A program made the position numbers and the translations under genes. Below, one piece after another: positions 51,942 to 62,725 of a DNA stretch of 64,000 nt. The notes under the pieces were generated by a model. That model did no database searches. It saw only the letters and a list, made by a program, of their open reading frames with translations, and was not told the origin of the DNA. Each line of letters begins with the position of its first letter. Position 1 is the stretch's first letter. The stretch spans positions 192,001 to 256,000 of the forward strand of contig JBMNIF010000002.1 in NCBI GenBank assembly GCA_050950765.1, given 5' to 3'. This stretch comes from Bdellovibrionota bacterium (lineage in GTDB: Bacteria; Bdellovibrionota_C; UBA2361; JAAYZI01).

Positions 51942-52438
51942 AAATTATCTTCCACCATCAAGAAAAGTACGGCGCCATAGAAAAAATACACTCCCCATAT
52001 TCTCCAAATAAATGCTGCTTCACTATAATCAATAAAAAGAAGATGCAAAACACCCTCTTATTAAAACTTTAACACGGCATAAAGAGACTTTTTAGAAGCC
52101 CCCCACAACACTCAACAGGATGATTTTATTAAATATAATATAGATTTTTTTAAAATAAAACATTGTGCCGATGATTTTAGATAAGTTTGAAAGTGTCAAG
52201 AGCTTTTAATGCCCCTCAATACTTCACTCCAAACAACCCCACCCTTCGGAACTTCACGAGTTATTTCTGATGTTTTTAAATGTACGTATCTGAAAAAAAT
52301 CTTAAGAATATACGAATATATGCGATAAAGTTCCTTGAACTCATTAGCAAAATCTCTTTATATAAATTACAGTGGATTCCCTTAATGAATAAGTTTATAT
52401 TCCTCAGACGAAGTTTATTATTAGAATAAAAAACGATT

Positions 52439-53263
52439 GTGTTAAAAGTTATTGATAAATATCAAAATATCTGCAAATTGTTTTTGCGAGGGTGTTATAT
52501 CGTCTCTTGTACACTATTTTTAACCTCCCCTACTTTTGCTGCACCAAATTGGGAACACTTTGCTGATGATATAGAGATAACTCGAATTGCTATCTGGCCG
52601 CAGTCCGTTATCTCACCGGAGCTGTTTTTCGTCAGAACAGGGTTAAAAAGCCACCGCCTCGGAGTTATACGCGCTAGCGACTTCGGGCTACGTAATGATA
52701 ATGTTAAAAACTTAAGCATTCGTGCCAAGAGTGTCTTTGCCATTAATGCAAATTTTTTTGATGAGCACGGCAGAGCCTTAGGTCTAACATTAAGTCGCGG
52801 TATTAAACATAAAAATATCCATTTTGGTGGCGGCACATTAACAGGCATCCTTCAGGTAACACAAAACGGAGTATCTATTATAAACCGTTCTGATTTTAAT
52901 CAGCACCTCGTTCTTGAAGCTCTACAAGCAGGTCCACGTTTAATCGTAAATGGTGCTGCTGTACAAAAGATAAAAGACCTCACCACCTACTCTCGGCGTT
53001 CTGGAGTTTGCATAGATCGGGAGCAACGAGTAGTTTTTTATATCTCATCAGGGTTAATGGGGATATCACTGCAACAGGTACAAGATACTCTATTATCAAA
53101 AGAGATCGGTTGTGTTGATGCGCTTAATTTGGATGGCGGCGGATCTGCTCAATTGTACCTTTCAAAACATCCATCATCAGATAGTGTCGGGAAAATTGAG
53201 GAGGTTTCAATCCAAGGGAGAGACAATATCCCAGTTGCTTTAGGACTCTTCAAAAAACAGTAA
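52439..53263 (+). CDS. Phosphodiester glycosidase (NAGPA-like) family protein
   Basis: AINANFF, QAGPRLI.NG, RSGV, ALNLDGGGS. Confidence 0.85.
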   Translation: MLKVIDKYQNICKLFLRGCYIVSCTLFLTSPTFAAPNWEHFADDIEITRIAIWPQSVISPELFFVRTGLKSHRLGVIRASDFGLRNDNVKNLSIRAKSVFAINANFFDEHGRALGLTLSRGIKHKNIHFGGGTLTGILQVTQNGVSIINRSDFNQHLVLEALQAGPRLIVNGAAVQKIKDLTTYSRRSGVCIDREQRVVFYISSGLMGISLQQVQDTLLSKEIGCVDALNLDGGGSAQLYLSKHPSSDSVGKIEEVSIQGRDNIPVALGLFKKQ

Positions 53264-53369
53264 CGGCGCAACACCTCTCCCACTTTGAGCAAAAATTGTT
53301 ACGACTGAACAAGCCATTCAGATTTTGTCAAGATATTCTTTTTTAGTTTAACCAAGTTAAAAAACTACA

Positions 53370-53398
53370 TTGACATAAGCAATCGCTATCGTTAGATT
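53370..53398 (+). promoter_or_regulatory. sigma70-type promoter
   Basis: TTGACA-17 bp-TAGATT, 40 bp upstream of the 53439 ATG. Confidence 0.55.
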
Positions 53399-53438
53399 TT
53401 GAACAGTTTAAAGATATATTTAAAAAGAAGGGCGTCTA

Positions 53439-53921
53439 ATGTCTGAAGAAATACAGCGCGAGTTCACTGCTAAAGAGGTTCAGTCCATCCTGCGAGCATT
53501 AACAGGCGGAACCGAAAAGATCGGTCTTGCGCTTCTTAATTACTACGCTCGTACGAACCTTGTTCCAGCCTCTGGCAAGCAGCTGCATCGCGGAAGGAAT
53601 AAGTATTCCTACTCTGATTTAATACTCCTCTGCTGGCTTTTTCGAATGAAGCGTGAAGGGCTCCCCGTCAATCGCTTTAGGCGTGGTATAGATTATCTGC
53701 GCAAACGTTTACCCAAGTTATATAAAAGCCCAAAGGATATGGTTTTGCTTACAGACGGGCGGCAATTATTTATCAAGCACCGCATAGAAGACAAAAACCA
53801 AATTGCCGAAGTGTTAACAGGTAAAAAAGCCGGTCAATACGTTTGGGCTTATGCCATAGGATCTCTGATTGAAGAGGTTGATAAGATCATCGACAATCAG
53901 TATGAGAAACATGTAGCATAG
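53439..53921 (+). CDS. MerR-like helix-turn-helix protein
   Basis: FTAKEV...LNYY.RTNLV.AS.....GRNKYSYSDL...L.R....G. Confidence 0.7.
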   Translation: MSEEIQREFTAKEVQSILRALTGGTEKIGLALLNYYARTNLVPASGKQLHRGRNKYSYSDLILLCWLFRMKREGLPVNRFRRGIDYLRKRLPKLYKSPKDMVLLTDGRQLFIKHRIEDKNQIAEVLTGKKAGQYVWAYAIGSLIEEVDKIIDNQYEKHVA

Positions 53922-54079
53922 CCTGATCAATTTTTTATAAAAAACTTATAAAATATTTTATCTCGTCTTGTGCTCTTCTCAGACAAGCTACCCCTCGTGC
54001 TTAGATCCGTTGAGGGCTACATATTCACACTGGAGAGGGGTTATGTTTTTTGCCAGCATGCTCATTTGGAGATTACGAT

Positions 54080-55810
54080 ATGAGTACCATAATTTCACAC
54101 CTTAGACAGGCTTTTACAAAAGCTATCCAAGATACCTTTCATATTGAGATTGACCCGCAAGTAGTACCTGCACAAAAGGTACAATTCGGTGACTATCAAG
54201 CAAACTTCGCTATGAGTTTGGCAAAAGACCTCTCACAAAAAACAGGAGAAAAAAAGAACCCCCGTGAATTAGCAAGTGCTGTTATAAACTCATTAGATCT
54301 GTCGGGAGTTGCTGAAAGTGTAGAGGTTGCCGGTGCTGGATTTATTAACATCAGGCTATTACCGAGTTTTGTAAGTAATGCTTTACAAAGTATGCGGGCT
54401 GATGAGCGTTTAAATGTTGAATCCATCACGGCTTCAACACCGACTATTATCGATTATTCCGGCCCCAACACAGCAAAAGAGATGCACGTAGGGCACTTAC
54501 GTTCAACGAACATCGGAGATGCTATCTCGCGAGTATTGGAGTTCTTAGGTGATAATATTATCAGACAGAATCACGTCGGAGATTGGGGCACTCAATTCGG
54601 AATGTTGCTACAACTGATGCAAGAAGAGTCTGCCAATCCGTCACTATTAAAGGATTTAGAAAGCTTTTATCAAGCGGCAAAGAAACGTTTTGATTCAGAC
54701 CCTGCCTTTGCTGATCGTGCTCGTGCTATGGTTGTTAAGTTACAAAGTAATGACGAAACCGCCAATAATTTGTGGCGTAAAATTGTTGAAGTAAGTAGAG
54801 AGCATTATGAAAGTGTCTATGCGCGCATGGATATAAAACTTTCTCCTGAAGATGAGCGTGGTGAATCTTTTTATAACAATATGTTGGGTAGAGTTGCTTC
54901 TGAACTGCAAGAAAAAGAGATTGCCTTTGAAGATGCAGGAGCTTTAATTGCTAAAGTTGAAGCGTTTGAAGCTCCACTTATTATCAGAAAGAGTGACGGC
55001 GGTTACGGCTATGATACAACTGATTTAGCCGCTATAAAGTTTAGGACCAATTTCTTAAAAGCAAAGCGCATTATCTATCTTTCCGATGCTAGACAAACTC
55101 AACATTTTCAAAGTGTTTTTGATATCGCTAAACGTGCCGGTTGGGCTGATAACACCCAGTTGGATCACGTACCATTCGGGATGGTCATGGGGAAAGATGG
55201 CACTCCTTTTAAAACCAGAGATGGCGGTACGGTAAAACTTAATGCATTATTGAATGAAGCTGAAGAGCGTGCTTTAAAAGTACTTCAAGCTAAGATGCAG
55301 GAACGTGGTGCTACGATGAACGCCGAAGATCAAAAAGAGATCACAACTGCCGTCGGCATCGGCGCTATAAAATATCAAGACCTGAACAGGACTCCGATTG
55401 CAAACTATGTTTTTGACTTTGATCAGATGCTTTCTTTTGAGGGCAACACAGCTCCCTATCTGCAATATGCTTTTGCACGTATCTGTTCAATCTTTGATAA
55501 AAATCAAGTTGAAGCTCCCACCCCTGAAACGTCTTTTATCTTGGAGACACCGCAAGAAAAGGAGTTGGCGCGTCATTTATTATTATTTAGCGATACCCTT
55601 TTAGCGGTAGCAAAGGATTTAAAACCACACATTCTCTGCACTTATCTTTATGATTTGGCTGTAAAGTTTAGCTCTTTCTATGAACATTGTCCGGTATTAA
55701 GATCAGAAGGAGGTTTAAGGGATAGTCGTTTGGCGTTAAGCGATCTGAGTGCACGTGTTTTGGCGCAAGGGTTAGACCTGTTAGGGATAAAGCATCCGAG
55801 ACAGTTATAA
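54080..55810 (+). CDS. argS: Arginine--tRNA ligase
   Basis: FGDYQAN, DYSGPNTAKEMHVGHLRST, NHVGDWGTQFG, FKTRDG, FEGNTAPYLQY. Confidence 0.98.
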   Translation: MSTIISHLRQAFTKAIQDTFHIEIDPQVVPAQKVQFGDYQANFAMSLAKDLSQKTGEKKNPRELASAVINSLDLSGVAESVEVAGAGFINIRLLPSFVSNALQSMRADERLNVESITASTPTIIDYSGPNTAKEMHVGHLRSTNIGDAISRVLEFLGDNIIRQNHVGDWGTQFGMLLQLMQEESANPSLLKDLESFYQAAKKRFDSDPAFADRARAMVVKLQSNDETANNLWRKIVEVSREHYESVYARMDIKLSPEDERGESFYNNMLGRVASELQEKEIAFEDAGALIAKVEAFEAPLIIRKSDGGYGYDTTDLAAIKFRTNFLKAKRIIYLSDARQTQHFQSVFDIAKRAGWADNTQLDHVPFGMVMGKDGTPFKTRDGGTVKLNALLNEAEERALKVLQAKMQERGATMNAEDQKEITTAVGIGAIKYQDLNRTPIANYVFDFDQMLSFEGNTAPYLQYAFARICSIFDKNQVEAPTPETSFILETPQEKELARHLLLFSDTLLAVAKDLKPHILCTYLYDLAVKFSSFYEHCPVLRSEGGLRDSRLALSDLSARVLAQGLDLLGIKHPRQL

Positions 55811-55833
55811 AGTTTTAGAGTTGAATAAAGGCT

Positions 55834-56583
55834 ATGAGAGAACATTTTGAGACAGTAGGTTTTATCGGGTACGGTAAATTTACAAAGCTTTTGATAAGCC
55901 TATTTACTAAATATATGCCGAAAGCAACTCTTAGAGTCTCTTCAAGGTCGAATGAGAGTGACGGTGTGTTATTTTTTGACAAACCCACCGTCTGTTCATC
56001 AGAACTTATCATTCCGTGTGTGCCGATTCGTAATTTTGAAACTACCATTAAAGAGATCTCACCACTACTAAAATCAGGGCAAACGATTCTTGATGTCTGT
56101 TCCGTTAAGGTGCATCCGAAAGAAGTTTTACTTAATAACATTACAGAAGGGGTTAATCTGATCGGCTCTCACCCCATGTTCGGCCCGGCTTCTTATGAGA
56201 AGTTAGCGGGAGATCTACGTGGTTGTTGTGTTATTATAGAAAAGATCCGCTCTCAAGTAGAGCCATTTGCGATTATTAAAGGGTTTTTTACAGCACTGAA
56301 CTTAACCTTAGTTGAAATGACGGCAGAAGAACACGATAAAAAAGCTGCTAAATTTCAATTTATTACCCTTTCCGCAGCAACTATCTTAAAAAAGTTAAAC
56401 ATCCAACGAGAATCTATCGATACCCCTTCAGCCTTGAAGATGTTGGATTTTTTAGACATGATTTCAGTTGATGCAGATCTGGTTTTAGATCTATATAAAT
56501 ATAATCCGTACTGTCATGAAGAGTTCAAACGCTTTGAAGACGCTTTTGAACAATTACGCACGGAGTTATATAATGTAGCGTAA
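55834..56583 (+). CDS. tyrA: Prephenate/arogenate dehydrogenase
   Basis: GFIGYG Rossmann fold, DVCSVK, HPMFGP, EEHD. Confidence 0.85.
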   Translation: MREHFETVGFIGYGKFTKLLISLFTKYMPKATLRVSSRSNESDGVLFFDKPTVCSSELIIPCVPIRNFETTIKEISPLLKSGQTILDVCSVKVHPKEVLLNNITEGVNLIGSHPMFGPASYEKLAGDLRGCCVIIEKIRSQVEPFAIIKGFFTALNLTLVEMTAEEHDKKAAKFQFITLSAATILKKLNIQRESIDTPSALKMLDFLDMISVDADLVLDLYKYNPYCHEEFKRFEDAFEQLRTELYNVA

Positions 56584-56607
56584 ACATATTATTACAGGAG
56601 GAGAGAG

Positions 56608-57783
56608 ATGCAACGCCATCCACTAGCAGCAACAAGAACAGAAATGATGAACCCAAGTGCCGTTCGAGAAATTTTAAAATCTCTTTCGACTCTAGGGATG
56701 ATTGCTTTTGCTGCTGGAGCTCCTGATCCGGAAAGCTTCCCACTTAAAATAATTGACACTCTAATAACATCAATTTTACAGAAACAGGGTGCTGAAGTTT
56801 TAAAGTACGGTATCACCGAAGGCTACCCTCCACTAAGAGAAGCATTAGCAAAATACGTAGCAGCGCGCGGGATACTCTGCACCGCTGCAGATGTTTGTAT
56901 ATCTACAGGCGCTCAAGGAGCAATTGATGCTGCCACTAAGATCCTTACCAACAAAGGAGATACTATTGCAGTAGAAGCTCCGACATACCTCTCTGCCATT
57001 AATACTTTTAAGTGTTACGAAGCAAATATCTTAGGCATGGCTAGTGACGATCACGGCTTAATGCCTAGTGAATTAGAGAAAGCTTTTTCAGATCATAATG
57101 CAAAATTTGCTTATGTAATTCCGAATTTTCAGAACCCATCTGGCAAAACGCTTTCACTACAACGCCGTCAAGAGATCGCAGAGATACTCAAAAAATATGA
57201 CCGTCTTTTAATTGAAGATGACCCATATTATGAACTCCGCTACTTTGGAGAGCACCTCCCTACAATTAAGAGCCTCGCTCCTGATCACGTTATCTATCTC
57301 GGATCTTTTTCTAAAATTCTTTCACCAGGAATGCGTATCGGATATTACATTGCGCCACGCACCGTAGCAGATCTTATGACTACTAGTAGGCAGATGGTTG
57401 ATGTTCACGCCAACTTACTGTGTCAAGCGGTTGCAGCAGAATATATTAACGGTGGCTATCTGGAGAAGCACCTTCCATTTATTATCAATCTCTACAAACC
57501 AAAATTACAGGCGATAAAAGACTCTCTAAAAGAATTTATGCCTAAAGATTTTTCTTGGAGCGATCCTCTCGGTGGAATGTTTATCTGGGTAACAGGGCCA
57601 CAATCTTTTGATGCCGCAGATCTTGCCCAAAAAGCGTTGATACAAAAGGTAGCTGTTGTTCCTGGAAGTAGTTTCTTTTCAAATCCTTCAGACGGCACAA
57701 ACACCATGCGCTTAAATTTCACTTCACTAAGTGAAGAACAGATTCGACAAGGTATAAAAGTTTTAGGCGATCTTTTAAAGTAA
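56608..57783 (+). CDS. PLP-dependent aminotransferase class I/II (LysN/ARO8-like)
   Basis: PNFQNPSG, EDDPY, GSFSKILSPGMRIG, MRLNF. Confidence 0.92.
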   Translation: MQRHPLAATRTEMMNPSAVREILKSLSTLGMIAFAAGAPDPESFPLKIIDTLITSILQKQGAEVLKYGITEGYPPLREALAKYVAARGILCTAADVCISTGAQGAIDAATKILTNKGDTIAVEAPTYLSAINTFKCYEANILGMASDDHGLMPSELEKAFSDHNAKFAYVIPNFQNPSGKTLSLQRRQEIAEILKKYDRLLIEDDPYYELRYFGEHLPTIKSLAPDHVIYLGSFSKILSPGMRIGYYIAPRTVADLMTTSRQMVDVHANLLCQAVAAEYINGGYLEKHLPFIINLYKPKLQAIKDSLKEFMPKDFSWSDPLGGMFIWVTGPQSFDAADLAQKALIQKVAVVPGSSFFSNPSDGTNTMRLNFTSLSEEQIRQGIKVLGDLLK

Positions 57784-57852
57784 AAAGAACCTAACTCCCG
57801 AGTTTAAATATAAGAAGTTTAAAAGCGTTTTTAAAAAGAAGCGGCACACCTT

Positions 57853-58071
57853 TTAGTTAGAAGCTTTCCTCTTCTTACTTGGGATAAAACCATCCTCTTC
57901 TGTAATTCGTCCAAGTAATTTACCGGTAACTTTCACGCTCCTTTTTCTCTCGGGGTCATACCTATAACTGTAACCGTATAGGTAATATCTCCCGTTGATA
58001 AGACGCAACTCTTTTCCCTTCTCTCGATATTTTGTTGCTCAATCAGGGTGTATTTTTGTTTTCTTCTTCAT
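57853..58071 (-). pseudogene. Transposase N-terminal-like remnant with in-frame TGA
   Basis: Hand translation MKKKTKIHPD*ATKYREKGKELRLINGRYYLYGYSYRYDPERKRSVKVTGKLLGRITEEDGFIPSKKRKASN*; from memory resembles IS1634/IS4-superfamily N-termini. Confidence 0.65.
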
Positions 58072-58105
58072 CTTTATATACACACGTTACGGCAGTAAAA
58101 AGCCA

Positions 58106-59302
58106 CTATAACTTTGCGATACTTTCTGCAACGTAAGCGATATTACGCTCATTCATCGCCGCCACACAGATTCGACCGTTTAGGAGGGCATAAATAGCAT
58201 AATCATCTCTTAAAGTTTCAACCTCTTTTTTACTCAAACCTGAAAATGAAAACATACCTCTCTGATTTAAGAGGTGTTTAAAACGCTCCCCTACCCCTTT
58301 AGCTACTAAAGCATCTACAAACTTTTGACGCATATTAGTAATGCGATCACGCATAACAGAAACCTCCTGCTCCCATTTTAATTTTAAAGCAGCATCATTT
58401 AAAACAGTAGCAACGATAGCAGCACCATCAATCGGCGGATTGGAATTATTAGTTCGCACATCAGTTCTAATCTGCGTTAAAACACGTTTAGCCTGTTCGG
58501 CATCAGCACAAACCAAACTTAAAGCACCGATACGTCTACGATAGAGAGAGAGGTTCTTTGAAAAAGAGTTCGCTACTAAAAACTGCACTCCAGCTGCTGC
58601 GAACTCCCTAAGTGGTAGAGCATCTTCTTCAATTCCGTTAGCGAAGCCTTGATAAGCAAAATCTAAAAACGGAATAAAGGAACGATCTTTTGCGATCTGA
58701 ACAACCTCACGCCACTCCTCCGTAGAAAGATCAACTCCACTTGGATTGTGGCAACAGGCATGAAAGATAACTATATCTCCGGCGTTAATTTCAGAAAGTT
58801 TTCTCCGTAAAACTTCAAAATTAAGCCCTTTAATTTCAGAATCATAATACGGATATGTGTCAACAACGAAGCCTACTCTTTCAAAGATAGATCGATGATT
58901 ATTCCATGTCGGATTACTAATATAGACGGTGGAATTAGGGAAATAACGTTTTAAGAAGTCAGCTCCGTATCTTAACGCCCCTGTACCTCCACTGGATTGC
59001 ACTGTTACAACACGTTTTTCCTGTAAAACAGAAGCGTTGTCACCAAAAAGCAAGCTTTGCACACCGCTTAAATATTCAGGCAGCCCTTCAATCGGCAGAT
59101 ATCCACCCTTTAATAACGTTGGCGGAATCCGTTTAATACCTTCCTGCACAACCTCTAAGGCAGGAACATCACCGTTATCATCTTGATAGACACCGATACT
59201 GAGATCTACTTTTTGAGGTCTTGGATCTCCTTTAAAAACCTGCTTAATTCCTAAAATAGCATCGGCAGGAGCCTCTTGAACATCTTTAAAAAGATCTATC
59301 AT
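58106..59302 (-). CDS. aspC: Aspartate/aromatic amino acid aminotransferase (AspC/TyrB)
   Basis: APADAILG, GGTGALR, SNPTW.NH, HACCHNPSG, DFAYQGF, NSFSKN, GMFSFSGL. Confidence 0.9.
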   Translation of the reverse strand: MIDLFKDVQEAPADAILGIKQVFKGDPRPQKVDLSIGVYQDDNGDVPALEVVQEGIKRIPPTLLKGGYLPIEGLPEYLSGVQSLLFGDNASVLQEKRVVTVQSSGGTGALRYGADFLKRYFPNSTVYISNPTWNNHRSIFERVGFVVDTYPYYDSEIKGLNFEVLRRKLSEINAGDIVIFHACCHNPSGVDLSTEEWREVVQIAKDRSFIPFLDFAYQGFANGIEEDALPLREFAAAGVQFLVANSFSKNLSLYRRRIGALSLVCADAEQAKRVLTQIRTDVRTNNSNPPIDGAAIVATVLNDAALKLKWEQEVSVMRDRITNMRQKFVDALVAKGVGERFKHLLNQRGMFSFSGLSKKEVETLRDDYAIYALLNGRICVAAMNERNIAYVAESIAKL

Positions 59303-59584
59303 ATTCTCACCATATAAGGGCGCTTAAGCCCTATCCTTTTTTAATTATTGAAGTGTTTTTACCATATTTATAGTGCGCAAAAAGCAGACAGCAAGGCTAC
59401 ACTCATTTTATTTATGCCGTGCCTATCTACGCAAAATAGCAAAATATCTCAATTGAAGGAATACTCTCCCAATATCTTGATAATATTATAAAAGCACCTC
59501 TCCCCTGCACGATTAGCTACTAAAGAATATCTTTAAAAAAGCCGACCTTTAAGTCGCTGCTTTAAAAAGTGAGGAGAGAAAAGA

Positions 59585-61735
59585 ATGATAACGAACGGCT
59601 CTTTTAATAAGAGCAAGAACATCTTTGCTGTTCATGAATATTTAAAAGGCGATAGCCCCACACAAGCCCTAGATAAGATCTACTGGCTTATTGAAAGTGG
59701 AGAAGAACCTTTTGCTATTTTTTCTGCCATTGCAAAAGCAGCCACAATCGTTAACACCGTAACTGGGAGTGCACTTTATCTCCCCACAGGAAAAGAGAGT
59801 ACAAAAGCAGAACTTTTAGTATCAGATGGAGATCTCCCTTTAGAGGAGAGAGAAGAAAGTTTAGCAGGTAGTTACGACATTGACATTATCTGTCTAGGAA
59901 CCACGATCGGCAAGCTCTCTGTAAAAAGCACTACTGAATTAAGTGATGAGATAAAATACTTCTTAAAAAATTTAGCACACTGCGCTTCCATTACCTTTGA
60001 AAAACAACGCATGCTAAGCACGCTTCAACACTTTCTAGATCGTCTGGAAACGCTAAATGAACTAAACCAACTAAACGGTGTTAAGCTTGGGCTACAACGC
60101 GTTATAAAAAGCTTGGCGCGTGAAGCTGCCTTTCGCTTTACAGCAGATATTGCACTAGCCTTTATCCTTAATGAAGACGGAACAAAGCTTGAGTTAAAGG
60201 GTGGATACGGTTGCACTCTTAACTTAATCCCTGAACATATTCAGATAGAGAGCGGACAACTCGGGCAGATCATGCGCACAGCGGGGCATTTTTCCATCGC
60301 TGGATTAAACGAAACCTCCAATCACGGTTTAAAATTCCTTGAAGATTTCGGCATTCAAGCCGTTAATGCCTGTTGCTTAGAGGTTCACGGATCTCCGCTT
60401 GGTGTAATTTTAATCGGCTACAAAAGAGCAACTCCTCTTAGTGGCACAGACCTGACTCGTTTTGAAGAGTTCTCTCAAGGAGCTGCTGTTGCTATTGCAA
60501 ATGCTAAAACCCAAGAAAAAATCAGCACCTATGCAGAACGTCTTGAAGAGTTGGTTGAAGAGAGAACCTCCGATCTAGCATTCCAAACAGCCAAAGCAGA
60601 AGAAGCAAACAAAGCTAAGTCTCAATTTTTAGCAAATATGAGTCATGAACTACGCACACCGTTAACTGCCATTATCGGATATTCAAGTGTTTTAAAAGAT
60701 GGCATATTCGGTCAATTAACAGATCAGCAGAATGAAGCTTTAGCAGCCATTGTCCGTTCTGGAGATCACCTAAAGCAGTTGATCGACGATGTTTTAAACT
60801 TAGCTCGCATTGAATCTGGAAGAGAAGAAACAAAGCCGGAAGAGATCCCTCTTAAAGAGTTGTTGCAACAAAGTTGTAAACTCATGCTACAACAAGCCTT
60901 AAATAAAGATATAAAGATCATTCAACCGGAATTGGATACAGAGCTTGCTTCAGCCGCCCTCTTTGCAGACCGTAAACATACACATCAGATCATTATAAAT
61001 CTGATCTCTAACGCCATAAAATACACACCTTCAGGGGGAAAAATCTGGCTAAAAACCGCTGTTATAGGCGATAAAATTAAGATCTCCGTCTGTGACAACG
61101 GTGTTGGAATATCTCCTACAAAATTAAAACAGTTATTTGAACGTTTTGAACGTGGGGATGATACTTATAGCAGGAAACAGGAAGGAACAGGGATCGGATT
61201 AAACCTAACTAAACACTTGGTAGAGATGAATGGCGGACGGATCGGAGTTGAAAGTGAGTTAGGTAAGGGCTCTACGTTTTGGATCCTATTACCTCTAGCA
61301 TCAAAAATAGATAAAGAAGAGCTCTTAGGCTTAGACACCTCAACAACGACAAGTAGACTTGACGGGGTATCTATTTTAATCGTTGATGATAACGAAGATA
61401 CCTGCATAGTTCTTAAGCACATCCTTAAATCCGCAGGTGCTAATCCGACTTATGTAACACGAGTTGCAAGCGCTATCGAAACATTAAAAAGCGGACATAC
61501 AACAGATCTAATTTTAACGGATCTAGCGATCCCCGAAAAAAGTGGTCTAGAACTGATCGAGTATATCAGAAACGGTTCTGAGAATATTAAAAAATTACCG
61601 ATCCTAGTTTTAAGTGCCTGTGCTTTTCAGCACGATAAGAAAGCGGCTTTAGAAGCTGGTGCTTCCCATTTTATGGCAAAGCCGTTTAAGCCTGAAGAGG
61701 TTATAGATACGATTCAAGAGCTAACCTCAAAGTAA
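59585..61735 (+). CDS. Hybrid sensor histidine kinase (GAF-HisKA-HATPase-REC)
   Basis: KSQFLANMSHELRTPL, NLISNAIKYT, DNGVGI, GTGIGL; receiver DLILTD...KP. Confidence 0.93.
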   Translation: MITNGSFNKSKNIFAVHEYLKGDSPTQALDKIYWLIESGEEPFAIFSAIAKAATIVNTVTGSALYLPTGKESTKAELLVSDGDLPLEEREESLAGSYDIDIICLGTTIGKLSVKSTTELSDEIKYFLKNLAHCASITFEKQRMLSTLQHFLDRLETLNELNQLNGVKLGLQRVIKSLAREAAFRFTADIALAFILNEDGTKLELKGGYGCTLNLIPEHIQIESGQLGQIMRTAGHFSIAGLNETSNHGLKFLEDFGIQAVNACCLEVHGSPLGVILIGYKRATPLSGTDLTRFEEFSQGAAVAIANAKTQEKISTYAERLEELVEERTSDLAFQTAKAEEANKAKSQFLANMSHELRTPLTAIIGYSSVLKDGIFGQLTDQQNEALAAIVRSGDHLKQLIDDVLNLARIESGREETKPEEIPLKELLQQSCKLMLQQALNKDIKIIQPELDTELASAALFADRKHTHQIIINLISNAIKYTPSGGKIWLKTAVIGDKIKISVCDNGVGISPTKLKQLFERFERGDDTYSRKQEGTGIGLNLTKHLVEMNGGRIGVESELGKGSTFWILLPLASKIDKEELLGLDTSTTTSRLDGVSILIVDDNEDTCIVLKHILKSAGANPTYVTRVASAIETLKSGHTTDLILTDLAIPEKSGLELIEYIRNGSENIKKLPILVLSACAFQHDKKAALEAGASHFMAKPFKPEEVIDTIQELTSK

Positions 61736-61850
61736 CATTAATTCTAAAACACCTTTTCCCCTCTCAACAAAACAGTACACTTTAAGAGAGTATGCCCTTT
61801 GTATGAAATTTGTTAAGCTCGCTTTGTAGGTTTGGGAGAGGAATACAGAT

Positions 61851-62231
61851 ATGCGCAAACGAATTCTTATAGTTGATGATGACCCTCTTATTAGGGGGCT
61901 ATTAAAGGTTATCCTTGAAGAGGCAACATTCGAAGTAGTTCAAGCGGAAGATGGTTTAATTGCGGCATCCTTTCTTGATGCAGAACCGCGACCACTTGAT
62001 TTTTGTTTATTGATCTTAGATGTTGTTATGCCCAATATGAACGGCTTGGAGCTGTTAACCCGTTTAAGATCACAATCGCACACAAAAGATATCCCTGTTC
62101 TCTTTTTAACAGGAGAAGAGAAAGCGGATGATATTATGGCGAGGTATTCTGTTGGGGCTGACTATTACATAACAAAGCCGTTTACACGCCAGCAACTACT
62201 GCACGGAATAAAACTTATTTTGGAGAAGTAA
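61851..62231 (+). CDS. Single-domain response regulator
   Basis: ILIVDDD, ILDVVMPNMNG, FLT, YITKPF. Confidence 0.92.
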   Translation: MRKRILIVDDDPLIRGLLKVILEEATFEVVQAEDGLIAASFLDAEPRPLDFCLLILDVVMPNMNGLELLTRLRSQSHTKDIPVLFLTGEEKADDIMARYSVGADYYITKPFTRQQLLHGIKLILEK

Positions 62232-62239
62232 TAATCATT

Positions 62240-62695
62240 ATGGATGTTGTATTAGTAGAGCCAAAGATTCCGCAAAATACAGGTTCCATAGCCAGAACTT
62301 GTGCTGCCGTTCAGATTCCGCTCCATTTAGTGGGTAAGCTTGGATTTGAGATAACGGAAAAACAGGTTCGTCGTGCTGGTCTAGATTATTGGTCTTATGT
62401 CTCGTTACATCAACATAAGACTTGGCAAGATTATTTTGATCTACAAAAGCCTCGTAAGGTGTGGCTCTGTACAAAATACGGCGAACGACCGTATTACGAC
62501 GCCGATTTTAATGAGGCTGATGCGATAGTATTCGGTGCTGAAACAACGGGGTTGGGGCAGGAGTTTCTCTCTCGTTTTCCTAAGGAGCAACACCTACTCA
62601 TTCCGATGTTGTGTAAAGGTGTTAGAAGTTTAAATCTCAGCAACTCCGTTTCGATTGTACTTTATGATGCGTTAAGACAGTTGAAAAAGATCTAG
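62240..62695 (+). CDS. trmL: tRNA (cytidine/uridine-34 2'-O)-methyltransferase TrmL (SpoU)
   Basis: PKIPQNTGSIARTC, RRAGLDYW, FGAETTGL, RSLNLSN. Confidence 0.95.
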   Translation: MDVVLVEPKIPQNTGSIARTCAAVQIPLHLVGKLGFEITEKQVRRAGLDYWSYVSLHQHKTWQDYFDLQKPRKVWLCTKYGERPYYDADFNEADAIVFGAETTGLGQEFLSRFPKEQHLLIPMLCKGVRSLNLSNSVSIVLYDALRQLKKI

Positions 62696-62725
62696 CCTCT
62701 TCCTCCCCTCCCCTCCGAGCTTTTT

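Noticed and set aside
57853..58071. Genome-wide TGA=Trp recoding
   Set aside because: Conserved genes end normally at TGA and translate full-length with the standard code
1724..62474. Short ORF-track entries overlapping or antisense to identified genes (e.g. 6873..7184, 19925..20320, 32584..33039, 51151..51555)
   Set aside because: Shadow frames of well-supported genes with no independent motifs
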